From the human T2T-CHM13v2.0 reference genome, Homo sapiens: DNA of 64,000 nt. The stretch is taken from the NCBI RefSeq assembly GCF_009914755.1, contig NC_060926.1. One strand, 5' to 3'. The notes below the pieces were generated by a model that was not told the DNA's origin, made no database searches, and saw only the letters and a list, made by a program, of their open reading frames with translations. The position numbers and the translations under genes were made by a program. Shown piece by piece: positions 18,411-32,490 of the stretch (positions are counted from its first letter, which is position 1; each line of letters starts with the position of its first letter).

Positions 18411-18539
18411 TAGACTCCTTCTCAGATTGGTAGCTTGAAACGTGTTTCAAAGATAGAATGCCCCTTACTTAAAGCATCAGTGGACTATCTGCGAAAATGA
18501 TCTTATATTTGTCATTTTAAAAATCTCATTAATTTTTTC

Positions 18540-18845
18540 ACCCTTATTTTGTTAAGGATCTTTGCATTCATGTTAATGAAGGAAGTTGTTCTGTACTTTT
18601 CTTGTCATGTCTGTTTTTTGTTGTTGTTGCAGGATAATATTGACCTCATAAAATGAGTTGGAAAGTGTTCCTGTTTTTCTGTGTTCTGAAATAATTTGTG
18701 TAAGGGTGGTGGTATTTGCTCCTTGAATATTTGATATGTTTCTAGTGAAACGATTAAGGCTGCTGTTTTCTTAGAGGGAAAGTCCTTAGTTATGAGTTCA
18801 AACCGTTCAAAGAGATATAGGACTATTCAGACATTTTATTTCTAA
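18540..18845 (-). mobile_element. Old L1 ORF2 fragment
   Basis: 'gacctcataaaatgagttggaaagtgttcc'. Confidence 0.65.
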
Positions 18846-19029
18846 TAATAATTATCTAATAAAATACTTTAGTATATAGTACATATTAGTACTAAAACAT
18901 ATTTAGTACTAAGCTTTCAAAAGAAACCTGTTAATGAGGTTATATATCTTGATGCAAAAACTATGGTGATACTAAAGGGAAGTACAGGGGGAAAAAGAGA
19001 TATGTTTAAGAATTAACAAAGCGTAGCCC

Positions 19030-19400
19030 TAAATAAATACTGGATGTCAGGGCTACAAGAGAAGAATGTCTAGGCTGCCTGCCGAATTTCTGGCTTCTGT
19101 AAGCGTGCTCTTGGAGGTGTAGGCAGGAAGAGCAGCAGGCTCAAGGGACAGAGACGCGGCTGTTGCACAGACTCATGGGATCTGAGATGCCTTTCTGGCA
19201 TTCAGGTGGATAAACTCCATCAGCAAGAGTTCCATGGCAGCAGCTTGGAGGAGGACGGGGCGGGAGTCAGGTTAGGCATTTCCAGCAAAAAGAGGGCAGC
19301 TGGAGCCTGCGGTGTGAATGGATTCACTCAGGGGATGGTCAGAGAGTTCACTCAGAAAGGACCAGAGAGGATCAGGAGCCAGGGGAGACTTAGAGGTATA
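19030..19400 (-). mobile_element. L2 fragment
   Basis: Purine-rich antisense L2 text 'gaatttctggcttctg...tgagatgcc...caggtgga'. Confidence 0.45.
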
Positions 19401-20072
19401 TGTTTTGGTGGATTATGTGCTTTTTAAGGTAGGTGTGGCTAAGGGGCTGGGTAGGAAGGAGATTCAGAAGAGAGGATGATCATTGATTAAATAGGTTTTC
19501 AATGAGAGTTTTAGTAAATCCAAGGTTCTAAGGGTGAGTTTCTCCTTAGACAAGAGGACAGACACCTTGTCCTCAATGAGAAGGAAGGTAGGAGGACAGA
19601 GTAGGGAAAGGCTCCCCCATGGAGCTCTTGGGCGTCTCTGCGTAGGTGAGTCTCAGCCTCAGTCGGACCCATGTCTTGGCAGAACACTCTGTGATCCTTC
19701 CTGGGATTCAGCAAGCAGGGCAGTCTCGTAAGGGTCATCTGTAGGTCATTTTCCATCCACTTCCCTGTCCTATAGGAGGCTCCCTGTCTTGTGAGGGGCT
19801 GCCACAAGACACTGTCTTATCCACTTCCCTGGTTCCAGTGAGAAGTAAAACTTTCCACATGCCCCCCTTAGGGCATAGCTCCAGCTATAAAGGTGCTTGG
19901 TTGTATTTTAGAGTGAGATATCCCAATGGAGCAACCCACTCCTCATGTCTGTCATCTGGCTTCTCCAATTTGGTGTCATCCTAGGGATGTGGAAAGCTGA
20001 CATTATGATGATGTTGCTTATGCCGTTAGTGTAAGTGATAAACAGTCTAAAACCATCTCCATATTGACCAGA

Positions 20073-20417
20073 TCTATGTGGTCTGAATGTAGGTTTCATG
20101 TTGCAGCCTAATATCCAATGCGATGGTATTAGAAAGAGCAGCCTTGGGAGGTGATTGCCTCAGGAAGGCAGAACCCTCATGAGTGGCATTAGTGCCCTTA
20201 TAAAACAGACCCCAGAGAGCTAGCTGGTCCCACCCACCCAGTAAGGACACAGCAAGATGGTGCTATCTGTGAGCCAGAAAGTGGGCCCTCACTAGACACC
20301 AAATCCATCTTGACTTTGGACTTCCCAGCCCCCAGAACTGTGAGAAATCAATTTTTGTTGTTTATAAATATTCAGTCTGTGGTATTTTATTATGGTAGCC
20401 TGCATGGTCTAAGGCGT
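20073..20417 (+). mobile_element. MLT1A-like MaLR LTR
   Basis: 'ggtctgaatgt...attagtgcccttataaaa...ccagaactgtgagaaatcaatttttgttgttt...ctaagg'. Confidence 0.85.
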
Positions 20418-20626
20418 GTGGCCACTCAATTTTGTGATGAAGTCAGTGGTGCTGCTGGGGATAGTGTAAGGCTTGACAGGAAGTGTGGGCAAGAGGGTGG
20501 GCAAGACGGTGCTCATTCTGTCTGAGAAGTAGGCAAGGTGTTCTAGGGCAGTGGTGAAGACAAAGTTCAGGAGATGGTGAATGTTTTGAAAGGAAAGTTT
20601 AATATGTTTTCAAATTATTTATTTGC

Positions 20627-20978
<352 letters not shown>

Positions 20979-21934
20979 TAGGAAAGACCCAAACTCTCTG
21001 GAGGTCTCGCTACCCAAGGAAACATGAGCCTGGCCGGCTTCTGGATGTGGGGAAGCCTTTCACAGAGAGCAGGGTTCCCCATTGCTGAATTAACCTCTTG
21101 TCCTGAAAGAAGTAATGGTCTCGTTCTGGGACATCTCATATCCCTCATGGTCCCAAATTGGGCCCTGTGCAGCACAGATAGAATTGAGGAGGAACCTCTC
21201 AGTCCAGAGGGACGAAACTTCACCTAGAAATGAAGCAATATCTTTCTCAGCAGCTGCTCACTGAAAAAGTAGGGTGCCTTGGCTAATGTGAAGGGTGGGG
21301 TCCCAGAGATGAGGCCTCCAGAGGTTCTGGCGGGAGAAACACGTGGGATTTTGTGGAGTACAGTTCAAGAGCCATAGGTCTGCTGCAAACCCGCACTATG
21401 ACTGTCTCATGGAAGAGCAAACGAGGACACTGAGGCTCTGAGCAGTGAAGCAATATGCCCGGAAGCAGGCAGGCAGACAGTGGCAGGACCAATGCTGACA
21501 GCCGGTTTCTGAGTCTGGAACACCAGGTTTGTTGGGGAAACGTCCCAAGTAGGTGTCAGGAGGGCACAGGGCCAGGGCCAGGTGAGATGTGTGCAGAGCA
21601 AGGTGGGAATGAGGGGTCCCCGAGGATAGCACTGGGGTTGAGGTGGAAGAAAAAGGGAACCCGTGCCAAGCTCTTCTTTTCCTTAACAAATGTTTACCGA
21701 GTATCTCCTCCGTGTCGGTGTGACATTAGGTGCAAAGGACAAGGCAACGGGGACTGTTTCTGTCTGTGTGGCACATCGAGTCCTGTGGAGAGAGACTCCC
21801 AGCAAGGAGTAATGCTTTTGCATATAACAAGACTTACACGTGACTATAGATTCCACTTGCACCATGCTTTTCGTGGACTCATTTGTTCAGGGATGTGGAT
21901 GTAATTGACATTCCATTTTACTAAGCACATCGTG

Positions 21935-22080
21935 TTATTCCATTCTCATGACAACACCCGGTTTATGGATGAGATATCTGGAGGTTGCATGGTTTACGTA
22001 ACTTGCTGAGGGTGTCACAGCTGGGAAAGACAAGAACCAGGGTTCCTACCCAGCTCTGTAGGAGTCAAAAACCCAGGCCC
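21935..22080 (-). mobile_element. MIR
   Basis: 'ttatggatgag...gtaacttgctgagggtgtcacagct'. Confidence 0.55.
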
Positions 22081-23519
22081 TTGGCACCTGCACAACACCT
22101 CTGCCTCATTTCTCAGTGAGCTCTTGTTTTGTCTGCTCTCTACCCTTGTGCCCCCACACACTGTCATCTCCTGCCCTCCTTTGGAAGCATGAGGCTGGGG
22201 GTCACAGAGGGAAGCTGGCCCCTCTGGAATGGTCCAGGTCTGTTCAGTGGATGGGAGGGGCATTGGGCTGCAGAGCTCAGCCCAGGGGTGCACATCTGGG
22301 AGCCTGTCAACCACAGGGTCCGCCTGTAGACCCAGCAGAGAGCATCGTCACAGGAGCCAGCCTTGGCCCGGGACATTCAGTTAGAACAGCTCATTTATTT
22401 GGCAAATTCCACTCCCAAGTTGGAAGTCATGTTAGGATTTGCTCATGGGTGCAGGGTATTTCTGGAACATTGAGTGCAGATGAACAATGAAATTCCTCCC
22501 TGGAGGGCACCTAGGAGAACTTGCGGGCTTATTAAAATCGCAGCAGTGGGGAGATCACTTCACTTCACAAAAGCAAACAGCAAGGTCACTTAAAAATTGT
22601 TGCCTCTTTTCTCTCATTAAAAAAAAAAAGGAATGCTTGCTTGGAGCTAGGGCTATCTTGACTTTCAGCCTGCCAGGCAAAGGGATGCTCACGTCATGGA
22701 CCATTATCTGATTGTAATCTACGAATTCAGAGAAGTTTCTGGGTAAAATCATAGTGGGAAAATCGAGTTTTTGGATCTGTGTCTTCAGAACGATGCAGTT
22801 ATGTGGAGGAAGGCACTCCCGGGCCTGGGCCTGCCTTGCAGCGGTGAGTTACTAAAGCTGGAGAGTTCAAACTCTCCAGCTCCGTGCAGATGTAAGTTTT
22901 CAATTAGGTTGCCTGGGTCCAAGATTAGTCAGAAACACTGCAGTAAAACTTAATCCAATCATTCTGATTCTTCTCCAAACATGATTTATCTTATGATCAT
23001 CAGTACTTCGATGAAAGGGGAAACGCCAGTTCACTTTTTTTTCCCTTTGCTGTGATTCATGTGTCCATTATCCCAGAATCTGAGTCCTGTTTCAGTTTGG
23101 CAATAGCTTCCTTTGGCATTCTATTTTTGTATGATCATTAGCATTCCTTTTTTCCTAAGCTTTCATAACATTCAAGTCAGCCTTTTATATCCTTCCCCAG
23201 AAGGGCTGGAGATCTTGTAAGCTCCCGCTGTAAGCAGGGCCTGCCTAACCTTAAATGTGAAACGTGTTTTAGTGCTGAAGTCATTCCTCAAAAAGCAACG
23301 TGAACTTGGGAGGCTGTGCCTGGCAGAATTCAAAGTGCCCCGTGGAGAGACTGCGGGGAAGGACAAAGAAATTGGGACCTGCCTGAGGCCATGAGTCCAG
23401 ACACAGGCATGAGCTCCTTTCCTGTGCTGTGGAAGCCAGTGGGACAGAGGGTGTTGTGCTGAGGAAGCAAGCCAGTAGGACAGAGGGTGTCACCCTGGTC
23501 TTAGGGCCAATCAGTCAGG

Positions 23520-23700
23520 CACAGAGCATGGAGTTCAAGTCCTGCCTCCGTTGCTAATTAGCCAGGAAATCTTGAGCAAGTGGTCCCACCTGCAGTGCCT
23601 CGGTTTCCTCATCTCTCACATGAGTCTTCCTCACGGGTGGTTTTGAGACTCAAATGTCATAATGAGCATGAAATGCTGAATATCTGACCAGGCAGGTTGG
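23520..23700 (+). mobile_element. MIR
   Basis: 'gagttcaagtcctgcctccgttgctaattagc...cctcggtttcctcatct'. Confidence 0.65.
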
Positions 23701-23802
23701 ATACATTCGATGTCCCCTTAGTGAGCACCTACTGTGTGCTAGTCCTGGAGGTGCAGGGATGGAAGGTGTGGTTCCTCCCTCCTGGGAGCTCCCAGTGTAA
23801 CT

Positions 23803-24025
23803 CAGCAGTTACCAGTTGGAGCTGTTCTGCCCCTAGGAGACACTGGATATCGTCTAGAGACATTTCTGGCTGTCGTGATTTGATGTCAGGGAGCTGCTGC
23901 TGGCATCTAGTAGGTAGAGACCAGGGATACCGCTAAACACGCTATAATGCACAGGACAGCCCTGCCCCCAGAGCAAAGGATTATACAGGCCCAAGTGTCA
24001 ACAGTGTCGAGATTGAGAAACCCCG
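23803..24025 (+). mobile_element. MER20 (hAT-Charlie MITE)
   Basis: 'gctggcatctagtaggtagagaccagggat...aatgcacaggacagccc...gtcaacagtgtcgagattgagaaaccc'. Confidence 0.85.
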
Positions 24026-24680
24026 GTCCAGCTGAAGAACTTCATGGGTGACCAGGCCGTTGAAATTCAATATGACGAGGGTCTTAGTAACAGGGTGAAC
24101 TCAGGGGGCAGAGAGACCACCCCTTGTTTACTCTGTCTCAGTCATTGGGTCAGACTTAGTATGACACCCATGAGGCTCCCAGTCCCTGCCCATTTTTCAG
24201 GAGAGCTGAGGTGGTCCAAGCCCAGTTTAGCACACAAGAGGGCTCCTTCAACGACCCCCATACCACCATCTAAGAAAAATCTGCCAAAACGTGTGCAAAG
24301 TATGACAGCTGCTCTGTGCCAGGCACCATGCTAGCACTGCTCCTGCCCCTGCCCAGTCAATAACTAGTGCATGGCCAGCCTGGAGCTCCTGCCCCTGAAG
24401 CCTGAGCCTTGGCCATGATCCCAGGCAATGTCTCCATAAAGACGCCTTAGGACCTCGCGGCCTAGGCACTTTTCTTACCCCAAGTCTTCCAGAACCACGG
24501 ATCAGGAAGAGGTACCCAGAGCCCTGGAAAGCTCCTGGGTTGCTGAGTTCTGGGAAGAATTCCTTCCCTCCTCAGTAGGGACCTCAGACAGAAGGAGCCG
24601 TGGACGGCCGCTCTGTTAGCTGAGGCTTAGCACAGCCTGCCCCTCCCTACATCGCTGCTGGGACCCAGCTTGCTGCAACA

Positions 24681-24862
24681 CAGCGGTTCTCAGAGTGGGG
24701 TCCCCCAAAGGCAGTACCAGCGTCACCCGGGGACCTGTTAACTATGCAAAATCTGAGACCCTACGACCTACTGCATCAGAAACCCTGGGGATAGGGCCCA
24801 GAAGCCTGTGCTATGAAGAGCCTTGTAGGTGAGTCTGACGCGGGCTGGAGTGTGAGAACATG
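24681..24862 (+). mobile_element. MER5A (hAT-Charlie MITE)
   Basis: 'cagcggttctcagagtggggtccc...gacctactgcatcagaaaccctgggg...gtgagaac'. Confidence 0.8.
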
Positions 24863-25081
24863 CCTGTGGAAGGCAAGCCCCTGTGGGTGGTCAGGTAAGT
24901 CCTTCCACTGCTGACAGTGCTGGGCTGAATGCAGCTGGGTTCCCTGGGAGCCCTCTCAGTACAGTCTCTCCCGCCTGCCTGGGAAATTCACCTTCAACTC
25001 CACGAAGCCTCAGCTCCCCTCTGCAAAAAGCACAGAATTGCTTTGAAGTTAAACCATGTGGCAATCATGATCATAAAATTC

Positions 25082-25124
25082 TTAGGTTGGTGCAAAAACT
25101 GCGATTACTTTTGCACCAATCTAA
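25082..25124. mobile_element. Internally deleted MADE1 (Hsmar1 MITE)
   Basis: ttaggttggtgcaaaa...ctgcgattacttttgcaccaatctaa; both Hsmar1 TIR ends present. Confidence 0.85.
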
Positions 25125-25491
25125 TAAATTCAGCCCCCTTAGTAGAAGGCTCTAAGTTGAAGAAGTTTACTATAGTTCCTCTGTTTTGGTAAAAAGCAAC
25201 ATTGAATCAATGCAGGCAGCAAGCAGGAAACATTTAAAATGGACGCCAGTGAGTCAAGACATGGAGCGCTGAAAATGCTGGGACTGCATTGGAAATGTGC
25301 ATAAAACTTAAAACAACAGAGATGAGAAAGATACATTCTATCTCCATCTGGCAAGTTAAAAAAAAAAAAAAAACCAGAATGCTGGTCGTGCTGTATCTTG
25401 AGTTTGGTGATAGTTACAGGAGTTTATTCATTTGTAAAAATTCATTGAGATGAATGAATGCATTTAAGATTACATATAAAGAATATAAATT

Positions 25492-25872
<381 letters not shown>

Positions 25873-28800
25873 TCAGGTTGACAAAAAAAAACAGATAAAT
25901 GAACTTTTGGTGAAAGAGCAAGGAGACTGAGACTTTCAGGAAGTGGTACAGGCACAATGCATGCTGGGAACGGAATGGGCAGGTGGAGAATGGCCTTAGG
26001 AAGCACTGTGCAGTCTGCACCACTAGTGATGAGCTTGTGAGTGTATGGTCAAGGCAGAACTAGGTATGGACTTGTGAAATCTATTGACAATTACAACTTA
26101 GCCCTGAATTTGAGAAAGCTGGAAGGAAGTCGTCTGGAGGACTTCTTGGGTGAAAAGGCGTGCAGTAACCAGACTTCCAGACTTTTATTTACAACTGGGC
26201 ATTAAAGCCAACGCTTAGTCTCAGAAGGTTGTGGTGTGAATTAGAAGCCACCTGGGAGTTGAGCAAGACTGACTCAAACTCCAGTTCCAAGCCCTGGGAC
26301 AATCTAATGCTGTTTCGGAAAGTCTATAACTTCCTCATAAAGTTTCTGGGTTTTTTCCCCTTTTTTTAAAACTTCTTACAAAATGAATACACATTTTTTT
26401 TAGAACAGTTTTAGATTTACAGAAATACTGACCACAGCCTTTTCAGACTGGCTTCTTTCACTTTGCAATATGCAATTAAGGTCCCTCCCTGTCTTCACAG
26501 TTCTGTGGTTTTCTTCTTGTTGCTCAATAATATTCCATTGTATTGATGTACCCGTTTGCTTGTACATCCACCCATTAAAGAACATCTTGGTTTCTTCCAG
26601 TTTTTGGCAATTATGAATAAGATAGCTATAAACATTTTTGTGCAGGTCTTTGTATGGATATACTTTTTCAATTCAATTGAGTGAGTACTTAGGAGCACAG
26701 TTGCTGGATTTTAGGGTAAGACTGTATTTAGCTTTGTAAGAAATGGCCAACTGCCTTCCAAAGTGGCTGTACCATTCTGCATTCTTACCAATAATGTATG
26801 TGAATTCTTGTTGCCCTGAACCCTCATCAGCACTTGAAATTGTCAGATTTTTGGATTTTAGCTATTGTAACAGGTGAATAGTGGTGTCTCGTTGTTTTAA
26901 TTACAATTCCATAGTGACAAATGGATATGAACATCTTTTTATATACTAATTCACCATCTGTACATCTTTTTTCATGAGATATCTGTTCAAGTCTTTTGTC
27001 CATTTCTAAATGAGTTGTTTCTTTTCTTAGATTTGAATTTTAAGAGTTCTTTGTATATTTTGTTCTTTATAAGTTACGTATTTTGCAAATATTTTTCTTT
27101 CAGTTTGTGGCTTGTTTCTTCTCTCTTAATAGTGTCTTTGGCATAGCAGAATTTTTAAATTTTAGGGAAGCCTAAACTATTAATTTTTCTATCATAGGTT
27201 GTGCTTTTGGTGTTGTATCTAAAAACTCATTGCCAAACCCAGAGTCACCTAGATTTTTCTCCTATGTGATAGTCTAGAAATTTTATAGTTTTACATTTTA
27301 TATTTAGCTCTATGACCATTTTGAGTTAATTTTTGTGAAAGACATGAAGTTTGTATCTTGATTTTTTTTGCATATGGATGCCAAATTGTTCCAGTATCAT
27401 TTTTGAATAGAATATGCTTTCTCTATTGAATTGCCTTTGCACTTTTGTCAAAGATAAGTTGACTATATTTGTGTGGGTCTATTCTATTCCATTGATCTAT
27501 TTGTCTATTCTTTCACCAATACCAATTGTCTTGATTACTATAGCTTTATAGTCAGTCTGGAAGTTGGGTAGTGTCAGTCTTCTGACTTTGTTCTTCTTCA
27601 GTATTATGTTGACTCTTCTGAGGGTTTTGAATTTTCATGTAAGCTTTGATCAATTTATTCATGTCCACAAAATAACTCACTGGGAATTTGATCAGGATTG
27701 CACTGAATACATAGGTCAAGTTGATAAGAATTGAGATCTTAACAATATTAAGCCTTTCAATCCATAAATATGAAATATATCTCCATTGATTTAGAACTTC
27801 TTTGATTTCTTTTATCAGATTTTTGTAGTTTTCCCCATATAGGTCTTGTACATATTTTGTTAGATTTGTACTTAAGTATTTAGTTTTTATACTCATATGA
27901 ATTTTTTAATTTTAAATTTCAAATTCTAATTGTTCATTGTGGGTATATAGGAAAGCAATTGATTTTTGCATATTAACTTTATATCCTTTGACCTTGTTAT
28001 AATCATTTGCTAGTTCCAGGGTTTTTTCTTGTTGATTCTTTGGGATACTTTATTTACATAAATAATCACATCATCTGAGAATAAAGAGTTTTATTTCTTC
28101 CTTCCCTATCTGTATATCTTTTATTTCTATTTCTTGTCTTATTGCACTAGCTAGGACTTCTGGTAAAAATGTTAATTATAAATAGTGGTAAGAGAAGACA
28201 TCCTTGCCTTGATCCCAATTTTGGGGGGAGCATCCAGTTTCTAACCATTAAGTATCGTATTAGCTGTTGGATTTCTGTAGGTGTTCTTTATCAAGTTGAG
28301 GAAATTCCCTTACATTTCTAGTTTACTAAGAGCTTTGATCATGAATGGATGTTGGTTTTGTCAACAGTTTTTTTTTCTTCAATTGATGATTATATAATCA
28401 TTCTTCTTTAGCAGTTGATATGATGAATTACATTAAAACATTTTTTAATGTTGAACCAGCCTTGAATACGTGGAATAAATTCCACTTGATTGTGATGTAT
28501 AATTCATGTTATGCACGGTTGAATTTGATTTGCTAAAATTTTATTGAGAATTTTTGTGCCTATGCATGGGACATATTGATCTGTAGTTTATTGTAATTCT
28601 TTATTTTTGGCATTAGGGTAATGTTGGCTTTATGGAATAAATTAGAGAGTGATTTTTTTTCTCTCCTATTTTTCTGGAAGAGTTTGTAGAGAATTGGCAG
28701 TAGGTCTTCCTTAAATGTTTGGTAGAATTCATCAGTGAAACCAGCTAGGTCTGGTGCTGTCTTTTCAGAAGATTGTTATTTATTCATTCATTTAGAAATA

Positions 28801-29377
28801 TTTATAGGCTTATTCAGATTATTTGTTTCTTCTTGTGGGAATTTTGTTAGTTTGTGTCTTATAAAACTGCAAAACTCTGATAAAACGCATTTCATCTCAA
28901 TTATCAAATTTGTGGGCAAAGAGTTGGTCATAGTATTTCTTTATTATCCTTTAATGTGTATGAGATCAGCGGGGATCATTTTCTGTTTATGATAATAATA
29001 CATGTCTTCTGTCTTCTTTTTCTTGGTTAGCCTGACTAGAGGTTTGCCAAATTTATTGGACTTTTCAAAGAACCCACTTGTGGTTTTGTTGATTTTGTTT
29101 ATTGATTTCCTGTTTTCAATTTTATTAACTTTTGCACTAATTTTTATTATTTCTTTTCTTCTCCTTACTTTGGAATTCATTTGTTCTTCTTTTCCTAATT
29201 TCCTAAGCGGGAAACTTAGGTTACTTATTTTAGGTATTTCTTCCTTTCTAATATGTGCATTAACTACTATCAAGTTTCTTCTGAGCACTGCTTTCCCTGC
29301 ATTCCCCACATCTTGATGAGTTATGTTTTCATTTATTTCAAAATATTTCTCTTTAGACTTCTTGACACATGTTATTT

Positions 29378-29766
29378 ACTTATTTATTTGTTAGCTGACT
29401 TATTTATTTGTCAGCAAGTTTATTGTCTTTATCTTCAGAGTCCTTATAGACAATTATGGTTTGGTTTAGCTCTCATCTCAGCAGTCCGCTCCTGGGCTCT
29501 GAAGAAGGTTGCCTTCTTTTAAGCTATCTGCTTTTTCTTCTGGGCAAGGGATATTGTGGAACGGTTCCACCTCTTCTTTTAACTTCTTTTTTGGGCTTCT
29601 CTTAGACTGTATTTTGTCATATAGCAGCGTGAGTTTTCTTATACATCTCTGCTGTTGTGTCTGGAGTTAATGTTGTTCTTGATGTATTGAAAGGATTGTT
29701 TCTTGTAAGCATCTTGATCTTCTTTGATTAGGCAACACATATTATCTGCAATGTTCTGACCCGTGA
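29378..29766 (-). pseudogene. RPL5: 5'-truncated processed pseudogene of ribosomal protein L5 (uL18), C-terminal ~100 codons plus 3'UTR
   Basis: (-) strand reads GQNIADNMCCLIKEDQDAYKKQ...EMYKKTHAAI...KPKKEVK...RWNRSTISLAQKKK...KKATFFRAQER versus RPL5 [22 protein letters not shown]...KKASFLRAQER; stops and frameshifts; AATAAA, decayed A-tail; TSD gacaca(ta)tgtt(a/g)ttt at 29364 and 29767. Confidence 0.92.
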
Positions 29767-30025
29767 GACACATATGTTGTTTGGAGGTGTGTTGTTTGAT
29801 TTCCAAATATTCTGGGATTTTTCCAGCTATTTTTTATTATTGATTTCTAGTTTAACTCCCTTGTGGCTGGAGAACATACTTTGCAAGATTTATATTTTTA
29901 AATATATGTTAAGGTGCATTTTAGGGCCCAGACTGTGGTCTACCTGAGTAAAATGTTCCATGTGATCTTGAGAGAAATGTCTATTCTGCTGTGTTTGAAT
30001 GAAGTCTTCTATAAATATCAATTAG

Positions 30026-30357
<332 letters not shown>

Positions 30358-32299
30358 TCAGTTCAACTATATTTTTTACTGATTTTCTGTCTGCTGCATC
30401 TATCAATCACTGAAAGAGGGATGTTGAAATCTCCAACTGTATTAGTGGATTTCTATGTTTTTCCCTATAATTCTATCAGCTTTGCCTCTTTCAGGAATGT
30501 TAGGAGAATGGATCGCTTTATCATTATGTAATGCCCTGATTTATCTGTGTTAATTTTCCTTATTATGAAGTCTACTTTGTTTGAAATTAATATGGATACT
30601 ATTGCTTTCTCTTTATTAATGTTACCATGGTATACGTTTCTCCATCCATTCATTTATGTGTGTGTTTACATTTAAAGTGGCTTTCTTGCAGACAACATAT
30701 AGTTGGGTCTGGTTTCTTAATCTACTCTGACCACTTGTCTTTTAACTGGTGTATTTAGATCATGCACAGTAAGAGAGATCATTGTTGATATAGTTGGATT
30801 AATATCTACCATGTTCATAATTATTTTCTAACAATTTAGATGTTCTTTGTTTCATTTTTTATCTTGTTCTTTTTTTTTGCTTTCTCTGTTTTAATTGAGC
30901 ATTTTGTATAATTAAATGTTCTCTCCTTTCTTAGCATGTCCATTATATACTTAATTTTTTTTATTGGTTGCCATGGAGTTTGCAACATACGTTTATAATG
31001 GATCTAGTCCATTTCCAAATAACAGTATATAGCTTCGTGGCAGTGTAGGTGCCTTATAACAGGGTATTCTCACTTTCTCCTTCCCATCCCTTATAACACT
31101 GCTGTCATCTATTTCAATTATCTATGTTATAATCACAAACTGCAGTATTAATTATTACTTAGAGCAAACCATTACCTATTAGACCAGTTAAAAACAGGAA
31201 AGAATAGGCAGTTTTATTTGATCTTCATTTATTTTTATTTAATACTTTTTTCTTTATGTAGATCTGAATTTCTGGCCTATATGATTTTTCTTCTCCCTGA
31301 AGAATTTCTTGTAGGATTTTGTGGAGGGCAGGTCTGCCGACCTCTGTTTTTGTTTGTCTGAGAAAGCCCTTATTTCTCCTTCACGTTTTAGGGATAATTT
31401 TTCTCAACATAGAATTCTAGTTTGGTGGTTTCTTTCTTCCAAAGCTTTACTTTCCTCTTTTCTTACTTACATGGTTCTGAAGAGAAGTCTGATGTAGTTC
31501 TTCTCTTTGTTTCTCTATAGGTAACGTGTTTCTTTTTCTCTCTCTCTCTTTTTTTTTTTTTTTTTTTTAACCTCTGGCTTCCTTCAAAATTTTCTCCTTG
31601 CCATTGGTTTTCTGCAATTTGAGTGTGATATGCCTAGGTAGACATTGTGGTATTTATCCTGCTTTGTGTTCTCTGAGCTTCTTGGACATGTGGTTTTGTG
31701 TCCTTCATTAACTTTGGAACATCCTCAACCACTATGACTTCAAATAGATCTTTTGTTCTTTCCTCTCCTCCTGGGATTCTCATTATATGTATATTACACC
31801 TTTTGCAATTGTTTTACAGTTTTTGGATTATTCTTTGCTTTTTAAAATTCCTTTTCCTCTCTGCATTTCAGTTTTGGAAGTTTCTATGGACATTTCCTCA
31901 GCCTCACTGATTTCCTTCCTAAGCTGTGCTCAGTCTGTGGATGAACACAGCAAAGGCATTCCTCACTGCTGCTGTGGTGCTTTTGACTCCTACCATTTCC
32001 TTTTGATTCTTTCTTAGCGTTTTCATTTCTCTGCTTACAGGGCCGACTCGTTCCTGCATGTTGCCTACTTTTCCATTAGAGCCCTTACTATTTCAATCAT
32101 CCCTCTATGAGAATTCCAAAGTCTGTTGTTCTGATGCTTGATTTGTCTTTTTAGACTCTTTTTTCTTGCGTTTTAGCATACCTTGGAGTTTGTGATGATA
32201 TCTCCAGTTATAGGAATTGATGCAAACAGGCCCTACTGTGAGGTAATCTCACTAAGTTGGCTAGAAGCCAACTGATGCTGAATGTTTGCTGTAGTTTTT

Positions 32300-32490
32300 G
32301 ATGCTATGAACATATGAACATGATACATACGTACATATACAAGTATTCATGTGCACGTATGTTTTCATTTTTCTTGGGTGCCTACCTAGGAGTGGAATCT
32401 GTGGTAACTCTGTGTTGAGCCATTTGAGGAACTGCCAGACTGTTTCCTACGGTGCCTGCAGCATCTTACAATCCCACCTGCAATGGATAA
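32300..32490 (-). mobile_element. L1MB-like 3' fragment
   Basis: 'cctaggagtggaat...ggtaactctgtgtt...ttgaggaactgccagactgtttcc'. Confidence 0.7.
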
